Origin: Trichomonas gallinae
Lineage: Eukaryota
Length of the DNA stretch: 64,000 nt
Assembly: GCA_008369845.1 (NCBI GenBank)
Contig: MRSU01011701.1
Coordinates: 1-64,000, forward strand
Direction: 5' to 3'
The position numbers and the translations under genes are program-made. Below, piece by piece: positions 45,423 through 54,400 of the stretch (within the stretch, counting starts at the first letter, position 1; the number at the start of each line of letters is the position of its first letter). The notes under the pieces were generated by a model, which was not told where the DNA came from, made no database searches, and saw nothing but the letters and a program-made list of their open reading frames with translations.

Positions 45423-48400
45423 TTATCTTGAAAGTGAGCAAAGAAGAGCTACACCACGTTTGATCCAGAAGCTTTCGTCAGTGTCTGTTGGGAGTTCTAT
45501 TGTCAAAACGTAGTTGGATGAGTGACCAGTTGTTGTTAAAACACCCTGGCGTGTGCCAATCTTGTAGACTGGGCATCTGTAGATTCCTGCTGTTGGAACA
45601 ACTCTGTTCTGAACTGGTTTGAGCCAAATAACTGGCATTTCTTGTGTCAACTGTCTCGGAAGAGCGTCAACAAGTTTCTTGCCAATTGTATCATATCCGC
45701 ATGCTTCAAGGTATAAACCGTAGATGTAGACTCCGTCTTGCGGTGGCCTGATGATGCGCTGCGGACCTTTGTCGAGTACCTGGAAGTCGAATGAGATTTC
45801 ATCGATTGGAACTTTGTACTTTCTAGCGAAGTTCTGCTTTGTGCCTGTCAAGAAGGCCTGCGGGAAGAAGAAGCCTGAGATCCAGAAGACTCTTGGCTGG
45901 CCGAAATCTATCCAGTCTCTCAAGAACTTAAGTCTGTCGTTGAGATCTGACATCCATGAGTTCAAAGGCTTCATTGATGGATAAGCGATGGCAGCCCAGT
46001 TCGGTGGGACGACGTTTTGATCGATTGCATTCGCCATCTCTTCGAGCTCGTTTGTGAAGACGATGAGACCCTTCATAGCCTTGATGAGGGCTTTGAGAGT
46101 GCTTTCTATCAATGTGAGAAGCTCGTTGTATCTGACGGCTTCTTGCTGAAGAACTGTGTTCATTGATTCTTCGTAGACACTTGGGAATTTCTCTTGGATG
46201 ATCTTCATGTCGAGCTGTTGCGGAACTTTTCTCAACAATGCATTGACTGTCTGAACTAATGCGTTGTTTGCGCCGCTTGAGTTGCCACCACCACGCGGCC
46301 TTGTCGCGAGGATGTCTGAGAGAATGTTGAATGATGTCTGCTGCTTGAGGTTTAAGTCTGCGTTCTGATGGAGACCGAACAACTCTGGAGTATCAGTGAC
46401 AGAATACTGGTTGATTATCTCTAAGTATTCTGGGAGGTTCGATGGAGGTGGCGTCGTGTAGTCACCAGCAATGTTGAAGCCCTCCTTGAGAACTTCTTCG
46501 CGGTAGAAGTCCTGGCAGAGAGTCAAAAGCGTGCGGCGATCCCAGTCATCTGTGACTCTGCCTCCGTAGTTGATTTCGCCAGCAAGGAAGCCGAGTGTCT
46601 TGTATGGAATTGGTCCTGTTGCCGAAAGGAACAAGTTGAGCTGCTTGCGGGAAATGTCTAAATCGCCCTTCGTCCACTCGTACAAGCAGTTCCAGCCGAG
46701 CGGTCCGTACTTGCGACGGCCGAGAACGACAGCGTGGAAGAAGCAGAGAGAATAGAATAATGACTTGAACTCGTTTTCTCTTGGGCATTCCTTCAATGTC
46801 TTCTGGCCGTAGCTTGTGAAGAGCTGAGTCAATGTTGCCTTAAGACCTTGTGGCGGCTCTGTTGTAACTTTGATACCGTTCTGCAAGATGGAAACTGGGA
46901 ATGCGGCAGAAGGCATGGATGTGAGCCATAACCTGAAATCGTTGTGGACGTCCTTCAAGTTCTGGAGAATCTCTTCGAGCTTCGGCATCCATGATGTTGC
47001 AAGGTGGCAGTTCTGCAGCAAGACCCAGAAGCCTTCCGTGCGGCCGTTTTCGATGAGTTCTGCTGCTTTGGTGCCTTGTCCTTGACCGAGAGAAAGAGCT
47101 CTGAGTTTCTCGAGGAAGCCCATCTGTGCTGCGAAGTTCTGAACATCCTGAGCTGGATCTGTACCACTTGAAAGGATAAAGATGATTGGTGTTGTTGGGC
47201 CAGCGTCAGCGAAAGCCTGGCTGATGTTGGAAGGTTCGACAACCAAATAATCGTCGCCGAGATCTTCTCTGATCATCTGCGTGAAGCCATCAACGAGTGT
47301 ATCTGGTCTGAGGCATCTTGCGATACATAATCTTCTGAACAAGTTCATTCTTTCGTCGTAGCCGCCTCCAATCTGGTCTGTGAAGTAGTTGTCAATGTGC
47401 AAAACTTCGTTGGCGTTTGTGGCGACGTAATTCTCGAATCCGTCGAAGACTTCTATCTGGGAAAGGTTGACGAGTTCTGACCATGTTGCATCTGTGATTG
47501 ACTCTGGAGCCTTGTTTGGTGGTGGCTCTTGCATTGTCTCTGTAGTACCTGTGAGCAAGAACTTCCACTCCATTTCTGATATTGTGCCCTTATCGAGAGA
47601 AATTCTCGCGGCGATGAGGAAGGCGAACATGAGCTGATGCTTGGCAAACAATGAGTTCGAAATGTTCTTGAATACTTTGAGTGTAATATATGATATAAGA
47701 TTGGCAATTCTCTCTTCAAGAACAGCTGAATGTGGAGCAGCGCTGATCAATTTAGAAACAAGTCCAGCGTACCATGAAAGCGAATATTGATACATAGGAG
47801 CAACGTGTCTAAGATCGATGACGCAGAAGTACAAAAGTGCAGATCTTCTTGCGACAGGTTCGTATTCTTTACGTGAGTTATCGATCTGCTTTTCTGTCTC
47901 TTCTGACTGAGCCATGGAGACTGTCAAAGTCTTCTGTGTCTTATTGGACTCTGCAAGAGTGTTAATAAGCTCAACATCATCCAAAATATCGCCTTTGGAT
48001 TCTTGCAGAAGCCTCAAAATCTTGGCTTGGATTTCGAGCATCTGTGACTTCATCTGAGCGTTGTTAACGACAAGAGTTTCCTTCTCTTTCTCGAGGTTCG
48101 GCTTCTCTTTGGCGACAACCAAAGCAAGAAGCTGGTCGCTCAAAGCCATCTGTGTGATTGTGAAGTTGATGAGTGTGACTTTAGCGAGGTTTTCTGGCGA
48201 GAATGTTGGGTTCGGATTTGTCGTGACCATGTAGAGCTTGAATGATGGGTTGAGAGTTACCTGGTGCTCGAGCTTGATTTGTACTGGTTTGTCTCTTGAT
48301 GAGATCATCAATATTGGGTCTAATGATGGATCAAGCTCTTCATCGATGCCTTCGACGAGAACTGGCCTGCCGAAGTTGATGGCGTTTTCGAGAGATCTGA

Positions 48401-51400
48401 CGAATGTTTTCTCCTTTGGTCTCAAAACCAAAATTTCTGGCTCGATGTTCTTGATGAAGTTTGCAGCCTGGTTCTGCGGGTCAATGATGAGAGGCCACTT
48501 TCTGCATTCAGTCAAAACGATTGCGTTTTCGATACTGAGGTCATCTCTTGGCAGTGCCTTCAAGTTCCACTGGAGAATTGTGAGTGGATCACCGAGGATC
48601 TTCGTGATGTTGCCACCTGGCGTTCTTGGGAATCCAAACTCTTCGAGTTTCTGGGACCACTCAAGAAGGATTAACTTTCTGAAGTCGCTTGTGAATGGGC
48701 CAAGATAAGCAACGGAAGCTGCAGAAATCAACAAATCGCCCGTGATTGTCTTCTTTTGTGCGTCGAAGTCAACCAGCATCTTCTGCCAGCTCTCGCGTTC
48801 GTGTTCGAGAGATGATGTAAGAATGGAAGCGTTCTGAAGACGAATTGTGCACTTCTCTTTCTTATCTGTGAGTTCTTTGAGCTCCATTTCTGACTTTTTG
48901 TGCTTCTCTTCGAGTTCAGCGACTTTGGCTTCGATTTCAGCAAGTTTGACCTTATTCTCTTCGACGATCCTAAGGGCTTCCTGCTGGTTCTTCTCAGCCT
49001 CGGCTTTCTTCCTTCTCTTCGGTTCAACTTCAACGTTGACATTGTAGTAAAGCTCAATGGCGTGGACCCACATACAGATTGTTCCCATGGCCTGTGATTT
49101 AGAAGACATGACGTCTGGCGCGAAGTCAGGATTATCGAGGACGACTCTCAGTTTCTGCATCTTCACTGGAGAAATCTTGTCCTTGTTCAAGCCGATCCAG
49201 TCTTTGAGACGCTTGATGAAGTTTGGATCAGCGAGAATTGACTTGGCAGCTGAGAAGTAGTCATCATATGGCTGGCCGTTTGGTCGTTTGCCCTTCTTTG
49301 GAGGCTCATCAAAGATGATACAAAGGGCTGTGCAAATCAATCTCATTGGCTCTGTTTCGACAGCGATAGCCTTGAGCTCGGAGATTTCTGTTCTTGTCAG
49401 TTTACTGAGAGCCTGGACAGCTGCTTCAATCTTTGGCTCGACTTGCTTGAGATCTTCGGCAGCCTGTTGAGAAAGTTGATCAGCGATTGCGGACTGCTCT
49501 TCAGCTTCTTTTGTAGCTGCAGCGACTTTGTCTTTAGTTGCCTTGGCTTGTTCTTGGTTAGCTGAAAGTTCTCTGATCATGATAACTGTTTCATCCTTTC
49601 TTCTCGCGAGCTCTGGCTGAAGTTCTCTGATGTTCTTTTCGAGGACGACAATTTCCTTGGATGCTTCTTCCATCTTTTGAAGACCTTTCTGGATGTTGTT
49701 TGTTGTTGTCTCAAGTTTGGACTTCAATCTGTCGCCGAGTGATGTTATCAAGTTCAAGAAGGACAAGAATGTTGATGGAGTGACGTAGTTTGTTCTCTTC
49801 ATCTCCTCGAAGAACTTCTGGCAGTAGTTGGAAACAATGGAATGTGCTGATGCGCAGAACTTGGAGTATTCTGGACCAATGACTCTCGTTGAGACGTTTT
49901 CGAGTGCTTCAAGTGGCCACTCAGCGAACCAGTCAATTGTGCAGCAGGAAATGAGAGACGGGAACATTCTGACTCTGCGTCTGAATGATGAACCTATTGG
50001 AGACAATGCAATCATGACGTGCATGTGTGACTTGACTTGTGAAATGAACAAACTGTAGACAGATGCTCTTGTTGCGACGATGCCCATTGTCTTGGCGAGT
50101 GGTGTAGTTCCTGTGATGATCTTCTCCATGTCGTCGTCATCGAAAAGTGCTGGCGGGTCGCCACTGTTGAGCAAGCAGTTGATATCTTCGAAGAATGATT
50201 CATCAATTAATTGGCTTTCAGAGACCAAGAAAACTGTTTCTTTCTTCTGAAGACCGCAGTCGAGAAGAAGACGCTTAAGGTCTTGCCTCCATTCTACTCT
50301 TGAGTATGATCTGGAAACTTCTGGCTGGAAGAGTTGGACACCGCAAATATATGAAGCGAGTCTTGTCAATGACTGACGACCAGATCCACCGACACCCAAA
50401 AGCAGACCATTTCTGCCTGGCTCTCTGATGATTCTGCAGATCCTACAAAGGTGCTGAATAGCTTCAGAGAACAAGCACAAGTCGAGTGGATGAGAGTTTG
50501 CTGCATTGTAGTCGTCTAAGTTGTTTTGGCAAACTTTAGTGAATTTCTCGAGATCTGAGACTTGTTGATACTTCTTTGAGTCATCGACGCCGAAATCTGC
50601 ATATATGACTGGCTCAGATGCGAATAACTGGAAGTATCTGACTCCGAATGTTTCGTGGAGGACACGCTTAAGCAATCTCATAAACCAGTCTCTGTTTTCA
50701 TCGTTGACAAGTCTATCGTGATAAACTCTGATTGACTCGTGGTACCAAATTCTCAAGACGTTGTTCTTGTCGTTAGCCTGAGAGCTGTGGAGGGAAGTAA
50801 CACCTCTGATGACCTGCGCGATATCTCTCAAGTTGAATGTATAGTGGACTCTCGACGGTGTCGGAAGCAGCTGCTTGCAAACTGTGTCGTAGATTTCGAC
50901 GGAAGCCTTGATGAGTGGATCAATGACATCAGATACAGCTGAGAATGGATGGGCGAGGATTGCGTGGAAGATTCTTGTCATTGAGTCAGATGAAATCTCT
51001 GGGAAGACAATCTGGTGGAAGTGCCTCAAGAATCTGCCAGTTGGTGTCTGTTCTGGGCCTTCTGGTGAACGCATTGAGCAGACCATCTGAACATCAACGA
51101 ATTTCTTGAATGTTCTCTTCTTCCTGTCATACCAGCCGCCTTGTGATAACAATTGCCTCAAGAGTTCGATTGGTGGCTGTGCTCCGTACTTCTCTTTACG
51201 CGGCATGTTGATATCATCGACGAAGATGATGGCGCGGTGGTCGATTGGCGGACCGAAGACACCTGCTGATCTTCTGTCAAATTTGCTGTCGATGAGATCC
51301 TGGACACCGTTTGCCGTTGTCTGGGCTGAGAACGTCAGCGGATTGTTGACGAGTGTTGGCTGTGATTCGATGTACTTCTGGAGCGTAACTGTCTTTCCTG

Positions 51401-54400
51401 AGCCTGTTACACCAGTAACCAAGACAGCGATGCCGTTCATGACGAGTGTGTTGATGACCCATGAGTGTCTTGTCGTTTCGACTGTTGGGATAATAGCATC
51501 TGATGCGACGCCGCCTTCTGGTGGCTTCTCTGTCATGTCGATCCACTTCACCCATTCATTGCCTTTCACGCAATAATCGAACAAAGTGAGCTCGTCTGGT
51601 CTTGAGATCCCCTGCTTGTCTAATATTGCCTTGACAGCTGTATCGAATGCTGGTCTGTCCTGGCCGTTTGTCATTGCACCAAGAGACCAGTAAAGAGAGA
51701 AGATCATGAAGTTGTTGATGTTAGTAAGATCCTTCTCTGTCTTGAGAATCGCGGACAGCAAATTCAAGAAGTTGTTGAAGAATGTATACTCGTGGAATGG
51801 AAGGACTAACTTGATCTCAGCCTTGACGAAATCAATGGTAGGAACAAGAACATCTGGGATGAACTTCGTGATTTGTGGCTCGAGAACTGAGCGTTTGTCA
51901 GAATGGTTGAGAAGCCATGTGTAAAGCAAGCTGTCGTAGTCGTGGATCTTGTTCTCGATGTAAACCATACCGCAACGAGAAACTGTAGCTGGGGAAGCGA
52001 CCTTGAGGTCTTCAACTTCGAAGAACATTCTCATTCTTGGCGTGAGCGGGATAACTTCTGATGATGACAAGCAGAGCTTCTTGTTATCATCGAGCACTGT
52101 GTTCATGTTTTCGATCCAAAGGGCATCGACTGGGCCATCCAAAACAATCCAGTGGTGGACTGGAGGTGGCTCAGCTGATGCGAATCTGACAGCATCGGCA
52201 AGCAAACCATCTGTGAAGTCGTGTGAGTGTGGATCGAAATCACCGTATAGCTGGCCGAGAGTGATGCTCTTCGGGTTGATAATTGTTGGCTGGACTGGTG
52301 AATACTGAGAATTGTCCTTGCTGAGGATTGTCAGTGCTTCAGCGAGTGTCTCGTAGCAGACTGTCTTACCGCAGCCTGCTGGACCAACAAGCATAACACC
52401 GTGACGAACTCCGACTGTTTCGTAAAGTTCGATGGCTTTGTCGATCATTGAGTCTTTGTACCTGTGCTTCTCGCAGACTTGCCTGATTGCAGCGATGAGG
52501 TTTGTGTAATCCAAATGCTTCTCCTGGACGTTCGGGAAAAGATCTGAGATGATATTGTTGAATAGTGGCAAATCTTGGCGTGTGAACTTAGGAACGTTAA
52601 CATCTTTGAGAGCTCTGAGAATAATAAGTTGCTCAGACAAATCTTTTTCTCTCTGCAAAAGATTACCCGCTGTGTTGATGACTGTCTTGACGGCACGCAT
52701 ACCGAAATCGTAGTGGGACTGGTTTGAAAGCTGCTCTGAAGAAAGCCTGAATGTGGATGTGATCTTGACAGCGAGAGATTTGGCTGTTTCGAAGCCGAAT
52801 GAGTAGAGCAAAATTTCTGCAATCATTGTGTAGTCAGGAACCATCATAGCGACTGGTCTGAACAGTGCCTTCAAGTTATCTGGAAGCTCTGTACGGCCAG
52901 CGTAACCTGGGTTCATTGTGATGAAGATGGCGCATGTTGGATTAAGTCTGACTTCACGGCCTTCGAATGTGAAGTGATGCTTGTGCTGCTGAATGGCAGC
53001 TTGGATTGTTGCAATCTGCTGAGCAATAACTGAAAGAACTTCGATATCAATACGGTTGAATTCATCGAAGCAAGCCCAAGCGCCGCAAGAAGAAAGACCA
53101 GTGAAGAATGTACCCATCTGGAGATAGTCCAAACCTTCAGAGCAGTTGAAGACGACGCATTGCTTAGCGACGACTTTAGCTAGATCTTTAGTTGTTTCTG
53201 TTTTACCTGTACCAGCTGGGCCCTGAGGAGCACCACCCATTTGCATATCAAGAGCTGTCAAGAGTGTCAAGTAGCATCTGTCTGTAAGTGGTGTGATAAC
53301 GAGACGAGGTGTAGAGCCCAAATATTCGTAGCCGTATCTGAACTCAGCGTTAACCATGCGGATGACATCATAACCGTTGACGAAGTATTGTCTGAGCTGA
53401 GAGATCCACTCGAACTGGTTAATGTCTGTGATGTTCTGGTCAGCAAGTTTCTTCACGACATCTCTGTTATGCATTTCCATAACGATGAGAGATGACACTG
53501 TGATTCTTGCGATGTCTGATAAATTGGTTGTTGTGAGTTTAGCGAGTTCGAGAAGCTGACTAAAGATTGTGTCGTAGAGTTGCTTGAGAGATTTGTTCTT
53601 AATTGCATGTTCGACGGCTGATGTCCACATGATCTGGAAGACTGCGATTGTGATTTGCGCTGGCCAGACATCTATCCACTCTGTTCTTCCTTTCGTGTGA
53701 TATTCTGTGACAGCGACTTCCATGATCTTCTCCAAAGTGTTCCTCATCTCGTTCTCGACGTCAAGCATCCAGTGCTCGACAGAACCTGTGAGATTTGTCG
53801 GTTTGCTGAATGGAACGACTTCTCCTTCGATTGAGATCATCTCTGTGACACAGTCTGTGCCCTGGAATGTGATAGATCCAATGTTCTCGAAGCATCTCTT
53901 GAGGTAAGGTTGTACAGCTGATGGCGAAGTTGTCTGTGACAAAATCTTGAGAAGTTCTTCGTTGGACAAGAAGTAGAATCTTGGGAAAGCTGTTCTCTTT
54001 GTTTCCAAGTATTCGATAAGTGCTCTTTCAATTGATTCGAGTTCAACAAGTGCGTGCTTGAAGAACTGGAAGAGTTCGTTATCATTACAGAACTTGTAAG
54101 CGTTCTGCAGCTCTTTGGCCTTCTTGAGAGATGTATCCCAGTCCTCAGCGATCTTCTGGAATCTGATGCCTTCATTAGGAAGCTGGTGGCAGATATCTTT
54201 CGATGAAAAGATTGGCGCAAGATATAAATACTTGGCCTGGCATTCGAGCCACTTTTCTATGACGTGTAAAGTGAGCTGGAGACCAGTTGTCCATGTTGTG
54301 ATCTCTTCTTCGAATGGAGCTTTGTACTGCGAGAAGTTAATGGCTTGCAATGTGATAAGGTTTTCATCGAGCTGGTTGATGATGTCTTCGCATGTGTGCA